The translations under genes and the position numbers were made by a program. Shown here piece by piece: positions 36,303 through 45,994 of a stretch of 64,000 bases of DNA. The first letter of the stretch is position 1; the number at the start of each line of letters is the position of its first letter. This DNA is from a virus (taxonomy: Duplodnaviria > Caudoviricetes): IMG/VR virus record IMGVR_UViG_2700989102_000001, positions 32,001 to 96,000 of that record; one strand, written 5' to 3'. The notes under the pieces were generated by a model. That model did not search any database. It saw nothing but the letters and a program-made list of their open reading frames with translations, and was not told where the DNA came from.

Positions 36303-37771
36303 CTGACTTCAGCCCCATTGCGGCCCTCTGGGCTACCGACTGCTATAAGCTAGACCACCGTCGCCAGTATGAGCTGGCCGGCAAGGTCACCCGGGTCTAC
36401 TCCAACCTCACCGCCCGCAAGAGCCGCATCCCTGGCGTCGACAAGACCGTCCATTTCGGTCTGCAGGCCTACATCCAGAAGCATCTGATGGATGCCTTCG
36501 AGCCGTTCTTCGCCGCGGATGAAGACCTCGTGGCGGATCTGTACGAGAAGCGCTTGGAGCAGGTGCTGGGCCCGAATGATATCGGTTCGGATCACATCCG
36601 CGAACTCCATCGGCTGGGGTATCTGCCGCTGAAGTTCTGCGCAGTGCCGGAGGGCACGCTTGTCCCGATCCGGGTCCCCAGCTTCACGGTCGAGAACACG
36701 GACCCGAGGTTTTTCTGGCTGACGAATTACATTGAAACCGGCTTGTCGGCCGGGTACTGGCAGGCCAGCACGTCCGCCACGATCGCCCACGAGTACCGCA
36801 AGGTTCTGGAGGCGGCGGCCATTCGCACCGGGGCTCCGCTGGAGGCCGTGGATTGGCAGTGCCACGACTTCTCCTATCGGGGGATGTCTTCGCATGAGAC
36901 CGCGGCGGCGTCCGGCGCGGCCCACCTGCTGTCGTTCAACGGCACCGACACCCTCGTGGCGATGGACTTCATCGACCGCTACTATGGCGGGCCATATATT
37001 GCCGGGTCAGTTGCCGCAACCGAGCACTCAGTGATGTGTACCGGTATCGAGACCAACGGTGAGCTGGAGACCTTCTCCCGCCTACTGGACCTGTACCCCA
37101 CGGGCATCGTCTCGGTGGTGTCGGACACCTTCGACCTGTGGCGGGTGCTCACCGAGTACCTCCCGGCGCTGAGGGGCAAGATCCTCGCCCGCGACGGCAA
37201 GCTGGTCATCCGGCCGGATTCCGGCGACCCGGAGAAGATCATCTGCGGCGACCCGAATGGCGAGACCCGAGCCGAACGATACGGCGTCATTACACTGCTG
37301 GCCAACGAGTTTGGCTACACCGTTAACGACGCGGGCTACGCGGAGCTCAACCCCCACGTGGGTGCCATTTACGGCGACTCCATCACGGTGGAGCGGGCCC
37401 GCGCCATCACCGAGAACCTGGCGAGCAAGGGTTTCGCCTCGTCGAACATCGTCTTCGGCGTGGGCTCCTACACCTACCAGATGAACACCCGCGACACCCT
37501 CGGCTCCGCCATGAAGGCTACCTGGGCAGAGGTCAACGGCAAGGGCGTGAACCTTCTGAAAGACCCGGTCACCGACGACGGGACGAAGAAGAGCGCCACC
37601 GGCCGCCTGGCGGTACTGCCCACCGGCCCCGACGGGGAGTTGGAACTGCACGAGCAGGCGGGCGGCTACCAGGAGAAGCATTCGGTCCTGCAGCCGGTGT
37701 GGGTGGACGGCAAGTTCGTCGAGCGCCAGACCTTCGCCAATGTCCGCGAGACCTTGGCAGCGCAGCGATGA
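36299..37771 (+). CDS. NAMPT-like protein (probable Namat, nicotinamide ADPR-transferase of NARP1)
   Basis: TDCYKLDH..QY, HDFSYRG, ATEHSVM, SVVSDT, IRPDSGDP, IYGDSIT, KDP.TD.GTKKS. Confidence 0.92.
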   Translation: MTDFSPIAALWATDCYKLDHRRQYELAGKVTRVYSNLTARKSRIPGVDKTVHFGLQAYIQKHLMDAFEPFFAADEDLVADLYEKRLEQVLGPNDIGSDHIRELHRLGYLPLKFCAVPEGTLVPIRVPSFTVENTDPRFFWLTNYIETGLSAGYWQASTSATIAHEYRKVLEAAAIRTGAPLEAVDWQCHDFSYRGMSSHETAAASGAAHLLSFNGTDTLVAMDFIDRYYGGPYIAGSVAATEHSVMCTGIETNGELETFSRLLDLYPTGIVSVVSDTFDLWRVLTEYLPALRGKILARDGKLVIRPDSGDPEKIICGDPNGETRAERYGVITLLANEFGYTVNDAGYAELNPHVGAIYGDSITVERARAITENLASKGFASSNIVFGVGSYTYQMNTRDTLGSAMKATWAEVNGKGVNLLKDPVTDDGTKKSATGRLAVLPTGPDGELELHEQAGGYQEKHSVLQPVWVDGKFVERQTFANVRETLAAQR

Positions 37772-37989
37772 AGTACGGGGACGCCATCGAAATCTGGGCC
37801 TCGCGGGCATCCGGCATCGACCGGGCGGCGATAACAGGCGTCGAGGTGGAAGCGGAGGGGGAGTGGCTGGGCCGCATTGTCCATAGCGTGAATGTTTTCT
37901 ACTGCGACGGCAATGTGAAGCGCCGGTGGACCAAGGAGGTCGACTTCGGAACCCTGTTGAACGAGTTGCTCGAAATCTCGGAGGAGTAA
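37768..37989 (+). CDS. Hypothetical protein
   Basis: ATGA coupling. Confidence 0.55.
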   Translation: MKYGDAIEIWASRASGIDRAAITGVEVEAEGEWLGRIVHSVNVFYCDGNVKRRWTKEVDFGTLLNELLEISEE

Positions 37990-38547
37990 TTGGACGACAG
38001 CGATCACCGCTGCTATTCCGGAGAATACTGCGTAGCCCTCACCCCCGATGGGGCGGCGCTCACCACCCGCATGGACACCCTGTGCCACGGATGCATCGCA
38101 AAATTGCAAGAGCAGTACGACGAACTCCGGGTTATCAGGAAAGTCTTGGAGATGTTCAAGGGCGGACTGTGGGGGCAATCCGGCGAGGCCAAAGTCTCGT
38201 CCTCGTCGGAGCCTTCGCCCCCGCTGAATGTTCACGCATTGGACGTCATCAACGAGGTCGAAGAAGTTCTCGAAGATGTGGGCAACCTCCCCGTGGCCGA
38301 TCTGGTGAGACATGAGGATGGTGTTTCCAGGTCGCTCCGCATCGGGACGGCGTGGCGGCAGTCCGATGGCATTATCGGCATATCCAGGGCGTGGAGCCGG
38401 CGCCTGGCCAAATGCCCGGAATGCGTTCAAAGAACCCTTGGAAGTTTCGCGGGGTCGGACACCATCGAGTGTTTGAACTGCAGCCACCGTCTTACCAGGG
38501 ATGAGTATTCGATGCTTTGTTTCACCTCATTAAAGGAGGGCTCATGA
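37990..38547 (+). CDS. Zinc-binding hypothetical protein
   Basis: LCHGC, PPLN..ALD, CPEC..CLNC. Confidence 0.7.
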   Translation: MDDSDHRCYSGEYCVALTPDGAALTTRMDTLCHGCIAKLQEQYDELRVIRKVLEMFKGGLWGQSGEAKVSSSSEPSPPLNVHALDVINEVEEVLEDVGNLPVADLVRHEDGVSRSLRIGTAWRQSDGIIGISRAWSRRLAKCPECVQRTLGSFAGSDTIECLNCSHRLTRDEYSMLCFTSLKEGS

Positions 38548-38903
38548 GCGAGTTGGGCCAAAAGCTCATCCCCTTCAAATGCATCCAGGACCGCATAGTC
38601 GAACTCGCCAAAGAACAACCTTGGCGCAAGTCCATCGGTGCATACTTCATCTCCGGGCAGCCCGAATGCATCATCGGACACGTCTTGGCCGATATCGGGG
38701 TGGGCGCCGACGGCACCCGACTGGTCAACAAAAATGGCGTCCCCACCTCATCGGTCAGCCACCTAGCTGACACATTCGACTGGAACGAGTTCGGCGTCCA
38801 AACCCCCACCAGACGTCAAATCGGATGGGTACAGGTGGTCCAGTCCCGCCAGGATTGCGGAGACGCCTGGGGGGAAGCCGTCAAGAGAGCGGGAAGGCAA
38901 TGA
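38544..38903 (+). CDS. Hypothetical protein (paralog of 28528-28848)
   Basis: AGGAGG RBS; MSELGQKLI, PECIIGH. Confidence 0.7.
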   Translation: MSELGQKLIPFKCIQDRIVELAKEQPWRKSIGAYFISGQPECIIGHVLADIGVGADGTRLVNKNGVPTSSVSHLADTFDWNEFGVQTPTRRQIGWVQVVQSRQDCGDAWGEAVKRAGRQ

Positions 38904-38989
38904 AGAAACTCTACCGCCGCGTGTCGGCATACCTGTTCTACCTCTATTGGCGCCTCACCGGCCGCTAACCCAACAACCAAAGGAAACAC

Positions 38990-39670
38990 ATGAGCCTCAG
39001 TAAACCTCATAGCAGCAATTCTCCCGTAAAGCGCTGGTTTAAGCTTAAGGGAACGAACGGCGGGGGCATCACGTATTGGGATAAGTCCGCAGAGGCGGAG
39101 CGCGCCGTCGGCACCCCGTTCCACTTCGTAGTACTGGATAGTCTGAATTCCATCACCGGATTCCACAAGCCCAGCAACACCGGTATCCGCAGCAATGAGA
39201 TCCGCGACACCCGGACGGAGCCCCTGGTGGTTCGCGCGGGCGCCACCGTACTCGCCGAAGGCCTCTACAACGACATCAAAGATGTGATGAAGGGCAAGGG
39301 GGGCAAGTTTGCCAACAGCCTGTACGTCGCCTTCAAAGACGGCGACGAGCTGGTGATCGGCAACCTTCTCTTGTCGGGCGCGGCCCTCTCCGAATTCTTC
39401 GACTTCAAGAAGGGGAAAAGCCTCGACAAGGAGCCGGGTGTAGCCATCACCGGCTTCGACGGCCCCCGCATGGCGGGCACGAACGAATACTGGGTGCCGG
39501 TCTTCGGCTCCTGGACCCCCCAAGACCTGAGCGCGGCCATCGCCCTGGATGAAACGCTCCAGGCGTATCTGGATGGCACAGGCCAGGCGGAGGAGCCCAC
39601 GGCGTCGGAGCCGTCATTCGGCGGGGGCGGCGCATCAAGCGACTGGGACGATTCCGAGCCCCCGTTTTGA
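38990..39670 (+). CDS. Putative ssDNA-binding/annealing protein
   Basis: Acidic tail ending DWDDSEPPF; upstream of primase. Confidence 0.6.
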   Translation: MSLSKPHSSNSPVKRWFKLKGTNGGGITYWDKSAEAERAVGTPFHFVVLDSLNSITGFHKPSNTGIRSNEIRDTRTEPLVVRAGATVLAEGLYNDIKDVMKGKGGKFANSLYVAFKDGDELVIGNLLLSGAALSEFFDFKKGKSLDKEPGVAITGFDGPRMAGTNEYWVPVFGSWTPQDLSAAIALDETLQAYLDGTGQAEEPTASEPSFGGGGASSDWDDSEPPF

Positions 39671-39690
39671 CCAATCCTTAAGGAGTTCTC

Positions 39691-40410
39691 TTGCTCGCCT
39701 TCTCTCGCTGCGAAGAATGCCAAACCGGCATGCGAGTTTTGTACGTCGGCCAGCAGACCCACCCCGGCTGCAAAAAGACCGAGGAAGAGCGGAAGCTCCA
39801 AGAGTTCGTCGAGGCGGTCCAGCGGGGCGACGAGAAGGCGGCCGACAAGCTGGAGGCCGCCATCAACAAACCGAAACCCGCGAAGCTGGGCCCCTCGGCA
39901 CTCTGGTACGCGAAATCCGGTTGGCCCGTATTCCCCCTGGCGGTGGGCGACAAGCTCCCCGCCATCCCATCAGCACACCCCAAGGGAGATCCTCTCCGAG
40001 GGGTGTGCAAGGGGGAGTGCGGGAAACTCGGCCACGGGCTCTACGACGCCACTACCGATCCTAAGCAGATCAAGGCGTGGTGGAGCGAGGCCGAATACAA
40101 CATCGGCATCCCCACCGGTCACGCATTCGATGTGATCGATATCGACGGGGCCAAGGGCTACCAATCCCTTCTGGAATTGGGCGATGACGTCTTCCCGCCG
40201 ATCCACGGCAAGGTCAGCACTGTCCGCGAGGATAGCGGGGAGCACTGGTATGTCCTCCCCACGGGGGACGGAAACCGCGCCGGCGTCCGCCCCGGCATTG
40301 ATTACCGGGGAATTTCTGGGTATGTCTGCGCTCCGCCATCAAGGGTGAACGGGCGGCAATACACCTGGATCATAAAGCCTTCCCCAGAGATCCTCAAGGG
40401 TGCGTCATGA
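39691..40410 (+). CDS. Bifunctional DNA primase/polymerase N-terminal domain (Prim-Pol)
   Basis: GWPVFPL, ATTD...WW..NIGI.TG, VIDID, G.H, IDYRG..GYV.APPS. Confidence 0.9.
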   Translation: MLAFSRCEECQTGMRVLYVGQQTHPGCKKTEEERKLQEFVEAVQRGDEKAADKLEAAINKPKPAKLGPSALWYAKSGWPVFPLAVGDKLPAIPSAHPKGDPLRGVCKGECGKLGHGLYDATTDPKQIKAWWSEAEYNIGIPTGHAFDVIDIDGAKGYQSLLELGDDVFPPIHGKVSTVREDSGEHWYVLPTGDGNRAGVRPGIDYRGISGYVCAPPSRVNGRQYTWIIKPSPEILKGAS

Positions 40411-40655
40411 AGTTTCGCTTTAGGCAATGGTGGCTAGGTTTGCCCTGGCCACTTTGGACCCTGGGTGCGTGCAAACCCTTTTCGCCCTGGTGCTTTATCG
40501 AGGAGATCTTGTCGGCCGCCTTCCCACTTACCTTCGGGTGGTGCGACCCCGAGAAGGGATTGTGGCACGAGACCTTCATGAGCGAGTGGATACACGAGAA
40601 GCATAACGCCGCCATTGAGAAGTATTACGACAAGAGGGATCGTGCTCGACGTTAA
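40407..40655 (+). CDS. Hypothetical protein
   Basis: ATGA coupling. Confidence 0.55.
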   Translation: MKFRFRQWWLGLPWPLWTLGACKPFSPWCFIEEILSAAFPLTFGWCDPEKGLWHETFMSEWIHEKHNAAIEKYYDKRDRARR

Positions 40656-41029
40656 AGAAATGACGCCGGACGAGTTGTTTGCGCATCTGGGCGTTCCAGA
40701 TATGCCCGACGAGGACCGTGTCGACCTACTCGCTCACATGCACGCTTGGTCCCGAACGGTGCTGCCGGGCCCCAATCAATGGTGGCTCAAGGCGCTCTTC
40801 CTCGCTGCTGCCTGGAGAAGGGCGAACGGATGACCGTTGAGGATATTGACGAAGACCTGGGTGTATTCGTCGGCTCAGAAATCCTCGACTACGACGAGGA
40901 AAACGACGTCATCTACTACGCCATTTACTATAAGGATCGGGAAATGAAGTGATGATTGAAACAACCCTGCCGCCACTGACCCCTTCCCCGTGGCAATCCT
41001 GGACCGATGAGCACTGAAGGAGAAATCGG

Positions 41030-41368
41030 ATGGCAGTAGAAGTTCTAACTAAAGACCACGGGAAGATCCTGCACAAAGAGGCGGCGACCGCCAAGTGGGA
41101 TGAGCTCGGGTTCCTGTCGCTGTTCAGCGATGAGACTGACGCGAGCTCCGGGATCGCGGGCTACGCCGCGGGTACCTGGGTGTCGGCGGTGAAGGTCGAG
41201 CTGACGGAAGAGGCCGGTAAGGCGAAGCCTCGGGTGTGGCATCGCTGGGCAGACGTCCCGTCCAACACCAGGGTGGAGGACCGCATCGGGCGTGCATGGG
41301 TCAGGTGGGACAGCGACGAGCTACCCCACCGTGATCACGAGGGCCCCTTCACCGAGGTGATCGCATGA
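41030..41368 (+). CDS. Hypothetical protein
   Basis: AAGGAG RBS; PRVW....VP...V.D...GPFTEV. Confidence 0.7.
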   Translation: MAVEVLTKDHGKILHKEAATAKWDELGFLSLFSDETDASSGIAGYAAGTWVSAVKVELTEEAGKAKPRVWHRWADVPSNTRVEDRIGRAWVRWDSDELPHRDHEGPFTEVIA

Positions 41369-41676
41369 CCGAATCCATCCTCGACGGGGCAATGACCGCC
41401 GAAGAGATCCTCCGCGAACTCGCCAAGCCTCTACCCGATGCTCGGATGCAAGCCTATTACTACGGCTTCGAGGCGACGGGGCTGGCGGTGATCGACCGCA
41501 TTCTTTCGGCGGTGGCCACCGCAGGGAAGCGATATCACCACACGGAATCGTGGAGCGACCCGTGGGGCGACGTGATGACCGAAGAGGATCGAATTCAGAT
41601 GGCAGCCGAGGAATCTGCCGAACAGATCCGCAAACTCCTCGCCGTGGCGGAGTCACTTCTCGTGGGGGAGGAATGA
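41365..41676 (+). CDS. Hypothetical protein
   Basis: ARMQAYYYGFEATG...ID.ILSAVA.AGK.YHHT. Confidence 0.7.
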   Translation: MTESILDGAMTAEEILRELAKPLPDARMQAYYYGFEATGLAVIDRILSAVATAGKRYHHTESWSDPWGDVMTEEDRIQMAAEESAEQIRKLLAVAESLLVGEE

Positions 41677-42026
41677 CCCACCGGGGTCTTGAGCGGGCCG
41701 AGGAGCGCCGCGTCCAGATCGCCAAGCTTATCCGACAGGGCCTGACCAACAAAGAGGTTGCTCAGATCGTCGGCGTCACCGACCGCACAGTCAACCGCGC
41801 CAGGGAGCGGAAAGGCCTGAAGAAACCCCAGCCTCCGCGGATCAGCGAGGAGACACTGTCGGCCGGCTATCAGATGCTCCTGGATGGGTGCTCGTACGCG
41901 GAGGTTGCCCGGACCTTGGGGCACTCGCGGGATGCCTGGCGGAGAAAGCTGCCGGGCTTTGCCTGGTCGCATGTCGAGTGCGGTCGCTTTCGCAAGCTGC
42001 AGGAAAGATACGAGGGACTGCTATGA
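41673..42026 (+). CDS. Double-HTH DNA-binding protein
   Basis: GLTNKEVAQIVGVTDRTV; DGCSYAEVARTLG. Confidence 0.8.
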   Translation: MTHRGLERAEERRVQIAKLIRQGLTNKEVAQIVGVTDRTVNRARERKGLKKPQPPRISEETLSAGYQMLLDGCSYAEVARTLGHSRDAWRRKLPGFAWSHVECGRFRKLQERYEGLL

Positions 42027-42301
42027 GCGATCCAGTTGTTGAGGCAGTCCTCCGGGCCATTCCCCCGCTATGCGATGGGCATCAGCCGACGGCATTGATG
42101 GCGGCGGCGGCCCGGGAGGTCCTGAAGCCCATTCGGGAGTTGGTCGAGAAGCTGCGGCTGGCCGCCGAGGGTCGCCAGCCCTTTACCAACCCTTCTCCGA
42201 CCGACTTGGCCTACGACGTGGGGCACGCTTTTGACGACGGAGCGCTGTGCCTACTGGCGCTGCTAGACCCGCTTATCTACTCATCCGAGGAGCTGCAATG
42301 A
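42023..42301 (+). CDS. Hypothetical protein
   Basis: AAAAREVLKPIREL...L.PLIYSSEEL. Confidence 0.65.
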   Translation: MSDPVVEAVLRAIPPLCDGHQPTALMAAAAREVLKPIRELVEKLRLAAEGRQPFTNPSPTDLAYDVGHAFDDGALCLLALLDPLIYSSEELQ

Positions 42302-42573
42302 CATTCGGCTGCGCTCGTTGCGACGCTCGATGGGGCGGGGTCCGCACCGCCCATTGCGGCAGCTGCCATGAGACCTTCTCGGGACTGTCCGCCTTCGAAA
42401 TCCATCGCGCAGGCTCTCACTCCAAAGGGCGTTATTGCCTAGACCCCTCTACGGTAACCAACGAGAATTCCGATTCCGCTGATTACGGCGAGAGGCTGTT
42501 TAAGAGGTCGGCGCGCGACTACCCCTGCTGGTCCCTGGCGGGGGATATGCCAGAATTCTGGAGCAAGGCGTGA
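42298..42573 (+). CDS. Zinc-binding protein (FDxHR-like)
   Basis: CARC..W...HC..CH.TFS...FE.HR...CLDP. Confidence 0.7.
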   Translation: MTFGCARCDARWGGVRTAHCGSCHETFSGLSAFEIHRAGSHSKGRYCLDPSTVTNENSDSADYGERLFKRSARDYPCWSLAGDMPEFWSKA

Positions 42574-42767
42574 GCCTATTTCGATATGGGCCCCTGGTTC
42601 CATTTTTCGCTTGGCGCCCGGTGAACACCCGGGATGCGGGTTGGGTGTGGTTGCGTCGGGTCTCCCGGCGGCGGGCCTACATGGACCCGCTGCTCAGCGG
42701 TCCAACCTGCGGACCCTGGTGGATCTATTACCGCTATTAGCTTTGCTCGACTCAGGAGGGTTTCAAA

Positions 42768-44186
42768 ATAGACGGATTCCTTTCCCGGATCGAGCCAAAG
42801 AAGGAAGCTCCTCCACGCCCGATCGGGCCGCTAGTCCCACCCAGTGATGCCTATACTGCCGCGGCCTTCAAGGGGGAGATCGACAACCTCCTCAATGCGG
42901 TGGAGGGCACAAGAAACTCCACCCTATTCCAGGCCTCCGCAAACTTGTCTGAGTTTGTCAACGCGGGAACCTTGAATGAAAATGTTGCCCGGGATGCACT
43001 GATGGATGCGGCCCGCCAGATCGGGCTCATGGATCACGAAATAGAAGCCACCATCGACTCCGGCTTCAATAAAACGGTGGGCAAGGCGCGGGCCGTGCCG
43101 GAGCGGAAGCTCTCGCTGGTGCGGGAGGGGGGCGAGGGCGCCGAAAGCCCCGCGGCGGCCCCCGCTCAGTCGGCCGATAGCGACAACCCGTGGGGGGACT
43201 TCCCGCCCATCGACGGCGCGGAATGGATGTTCAATTCCGACACCCGCGCCAGGCCCATCTGGGGTACAGAGTCGGAGTGTCTCTGGGCGTCGGGGGAGAG
43301 CTTGATGCTTGCCGCCCCGCCTGGCCTGGGCAAGTCGACACTCGCCGGCCGCTTGGTCCGAGCTCAGCTCGGACTCCAGGACGAAGTCTTAGGCCTTCCG
43401 GTGGTCGCATCAGATGAGCCGATCCTGTACTTGGCGGCCGACCGCCCCAAGCAGCTTCAGCGCTCCATGTTGAGGCAGTTCAGCGAGGATGAGATTCCCC
43501 TGATTGCGGGGAGGCTCTTCATCCGTCCGGGGCCGCCGATCAACAACATCGCCTCTGAGCCGGGTCTTCTTTTGCGCATGGCTCAGGCCGTGGGCGCGGG
43601 AACGGTTTACATCGACTCCGTCAAGGACTTTGCCATCGGCTTGTCCAGCGACGAGGTCGGCGCACTCTACAACCAGGCGCGCCAGTGGCTGGTGAGCGCG
43701 GGGGTTGAGGTATGTGAGCTGCACCACATGAAGAAAGTGAATGCCGATAGCACCGGCGGCGTTGCCGATGTTTACGGCTCCACCTGGCTCACTAGCGGCA
43801 CGGGATCGGTAATCGTTCTGTCGGGCGAGCCGGGGGATCTTGCGATCAGATTCCGGCACGTACGTCAGCCTGCCGACGAGGTGGGCCCCTTCCACCTGCT
43901 CCTCAATCCTGATACGGGCGATTTTTCGGTGCGTAGATGCGACCTATTGGTCTCGGCGAAGAATGCCGGGCCCAGTGGGTTATCCGCCGAGCAGGCTGCG
44001 ATGGACCTCTACGAAACTCGGAAGCCCCGCCCCGCGCAGAAGGCGGCGGCCGAGCGCCAGTTGGACAAGATGGTGACAAAGGGATTGCTAGTCAAGATGG
44101 ATTCCCCTCATGGCGGACCTATTTGGTACCCGGCCGAGAGGCGATTTGATGAGCAGCCCCCGGCAAGAGCGAACGGAATGTTTTAG
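42768..44186 (+). CDS. RepA/AAA_25-type DNA helicase with N-terminal primase C-terminal-like domain; probable ATA start (first canonical start 42900)
   Basis: EGTRN..LF...L; Walker A APPGLGKS; YIDS; LHH.KK; YGS. Confidence 0.85.
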   Translation: MDGFLSRIEPKKEAPPRPIGPLVPPSDAYTAAAFKGEIDNLLNAVEGTRNSTLFQASANLSEFVNAGTLNENVARDALMDAARQIGLMDHEIEATIDSGFNKTVGKARAVPERKLSLVREGGEGAESPAAAPAQSADSDNPWGDFPPIDGAEWMFNSDTRARPIWGTESECLWASGESLMLAAPPGLGKSTLAGRLVRAQLGLQDEVLGLPVVASDEPILYLAADRPKQLQRSMLRQFSEDEIPLIAGRLFIRPGPPINNIASEPGLLLRMAQAVGAGTVYIDSVKDFAIGLSSDEVGALYNQARQWLVSAGVEVCELHHMKKVNADSTGGVADVYGSTWLTSGTGSVIVLSGEPGDLAIRFRHVRQPADEVGPFHLLLNPDTGDFSVRRCDLLVSAKNAGPSGLSAEQAAMDLYETRKPRPAQKAAAERQLDKMVTKGLLVKMDSPHGGPIWYPAERRFDEQPPARANGMF

Positions 44187-44788
44187 TGGAATTCGATGCC
44201 GAACTGTGGCGCGACATACCCGGCTATGAAGGTCTCTATCAGGCCAGCGACCAGGGGCGCATCCGATCTGTCGACAGGGTTATCAAGCAAGTCTCGCTGC
44301 ATGGCGGCTTCATCGATCGCCGGATGCCGGGCAGGGTGCTCACCCCTTGGCCCCACTCGGCGGATGGGCGCCCATGGGTGTCGCTCAGTCGCGACGGTAA
44401 GGTCAAGAAGCTGGGCGTCCACGTGCTCGTGACCCGCACTTTCTGGGGTTCGGCGCCACCCGATAAGCCCATGGCCCTCCATCGCAATGGCGATCCGTTC
44501 GACAACCGTCCCGGGAACCTTTACTGGGGCGACAATGCCGACAATATGAACGACGCGGTTCGGCACGGTACTCACGTGGCTGCGCGGCGCACCAGGTGTC
44601 CATATGGCCATGCGCTAGTCGATCCAAATATCAAGTGGACTAGGGATAGGCGCGGTCGAGAATGTAAGGCCTGTCGCAATGCGAATGAGTGGGCGCGGAC
44701 TCGGCGCAGGAGGGGGCTTTCCCCGGTTGAGTCGGAAAAGCGCGCCTACGCCGATAAGCGATACGCCAAGATCATGGCGGAGGAATAA
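44186..44788 (+). CDS. NUMOD4-HNH homing endonuclease
   Basis: WRDIPGYEGLYQASDQGRIRS; VH.LV; HRNGDPFDNRPGNLYW. Confidence 0.92.
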   Translation: MEFDAELWRDIPGYEGLYQASDQGRIRSVDRVIKQVSLHGGFIDRRMPGRVLTPWPHSADGRPWVSLSRDGKVKKLGVHVLVTRTFWGSAPPDKPMALHRNGDPFDNRPGNLYWGDNADNMNDAVRHGTHVAARRTRCPYGHALVDPNIKWTRDRRGRECKACRNANEWARTRRRRGLSPVESEKRAYADKRYAKIMAEE

Positions 44789-45420
44789 TGGAGTCATGCT
44801 GGCATTGCGATAGGGATGTGCATGAAGCCCCGCTAACCGAGCGGGTGGCCAGAATGTACGACAAGCATTCCTTCGATCTGGAGTATTCGGCCGATGAAGA
44901 TGATTCCGAGATCGTCTGCATAGGGTCGTATACGGAGGGGCCGCGGCGGGCACCACGAACATGGGGGGCTGGCATTGAGCCCTGGAAACTCTATATCTAT
45001 GTAAACGGCGCAAAGCAGGGGGGCGCAATCCCCCTTAGTGCTCCGGGGCCCAACTGGTACCCTATGGGCACCATCGCCGATGGGCCGGAGTTCACGTACG
45101 GCAAGGGATTCGGCTTCGCCCCCTTCGCCCCCTGGCAGGGGACCTTGGCGACCAAGGTTCTATCCTCCTGGGTCATCCACGACGAGGCCTATAAGCCTAT
45201 CGAGTGCAACCTTCCCGAGGATATCCCGGAGATCAAATTCGGCCCGGAGAACTGGGTAGCGAAGGATTACATAGGCGCGGGTGCTTGGTGGGCCGCGCGC
45301 CAAATCCTCCCCAATGCGGGCTGGCAGGATATCCCACTGCCCGATATGCCCAAATCCGATTACAAAGCGCTCGGCGAAGAGCTGAGCGAAAAACTCAACC
45401 CGAAGTGGAGCAAGGTATGA
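44788..45420 (+). CDS. Hypothetical protein
   Basis: GGAGG RBS, 210 aa. Confidence 0.65.
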   Translation: MESCWHCDRDVHEAPLTERVARMYDKHSFDLEYSADEDDSEIVCIGSYTEGPRRAPRTWGAGIEPWKLYIYVNGAKQGGAIPLSAPGPNWYPMGTIADGPEFTYGKGFGFAPFAPWQGTLATKVLSSWVIHDEAYKPIECNLPEDIPEIKFGPENWVAKDYIGAGAWWAARQILPNAGWQDIPLPDMPKSDYKALGEELSEKLNPKWSKV

Positions 45421-45740
45421 AGACATCCGAATTCGTTTCTCAGGCGAGGGATGAGATTTACCAAGGGTGGACCCAGGACAGCTACCGCAACGACCAGGGT
45501 GTGTGCGTTCTCGGCGCCCTGGACCGCGTAGCCCTGCACAACCTTCACCAGGGCCCGGAGGAGACGGTGAAGGCCCGCGCCAAGGCCCAGAAGGAAATCG
45601 AGAAGATGGCCGAGGAGCTTTTCCCCGATGTTTGGAATGGCAGCATCCCGGCGCTCAACGACAGCTCCAGCACCACCAAGGACGACGTCCTAAATCTCTT
45701 GGACAAAACGACTATCGGGCTGGAAGAGCGCGGGGAGTGA
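45417..45740 (+). CDS. Hypothetical protein (GW.Q...C.LGAL...ND family)
   Basis: ATGA coupling and motif pattern. Confidence 0.7.
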   Translation: MKTSEFVSQARDEIYQGWTQDSYRNDQGVCVLGALDRVALHNLHQGPEETVKARAKAQKEIEKMAEELFPDVWNGSIPALNDSSSTTKDDVLNLLDKTTIGLEERGE

Positions 45741-45994
45741 TCCCCCATATCGGTAGTAGACGGTGGATCGCCTGGAAACTGGTCCAGCTGGCCGCGCGGA
45801 TCTACGACGCCGAATACTACGAGCGCATTCACGTTACCGACGCTCTGGGGCGCGAGATATTCGAGGCGGTCATTGTCGGCGATTCGTACGGTTGTGGCAT
45901 CTCCAGCGCGACCGCTCCTGCCGGGCGGAGCGCGCGTCTGCCAGACGGTTCCACCATCCATTGGGATGACGACTACAAACCGGATTGGCTATGA
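45737..45994 (+). CDS. Hypothetical protein (paralog of 56854-57087)
   Basis: RWIAWKLVQLAARI. Confidence 0.6.
   Translation: MIPHIGSRRWIAWKLVQLAARIYDAEYYERIHVTDALGREIFEAVIVGDSYGCGISSATAPAGRSARLPDGSTIHWDDDYKPDWL

Noticed and set aside
44186-44788. Group I intron around the HNH
   Set aside because: HNH is translationally coupled on both sides with no room for intron core elements; flanking genes look complete
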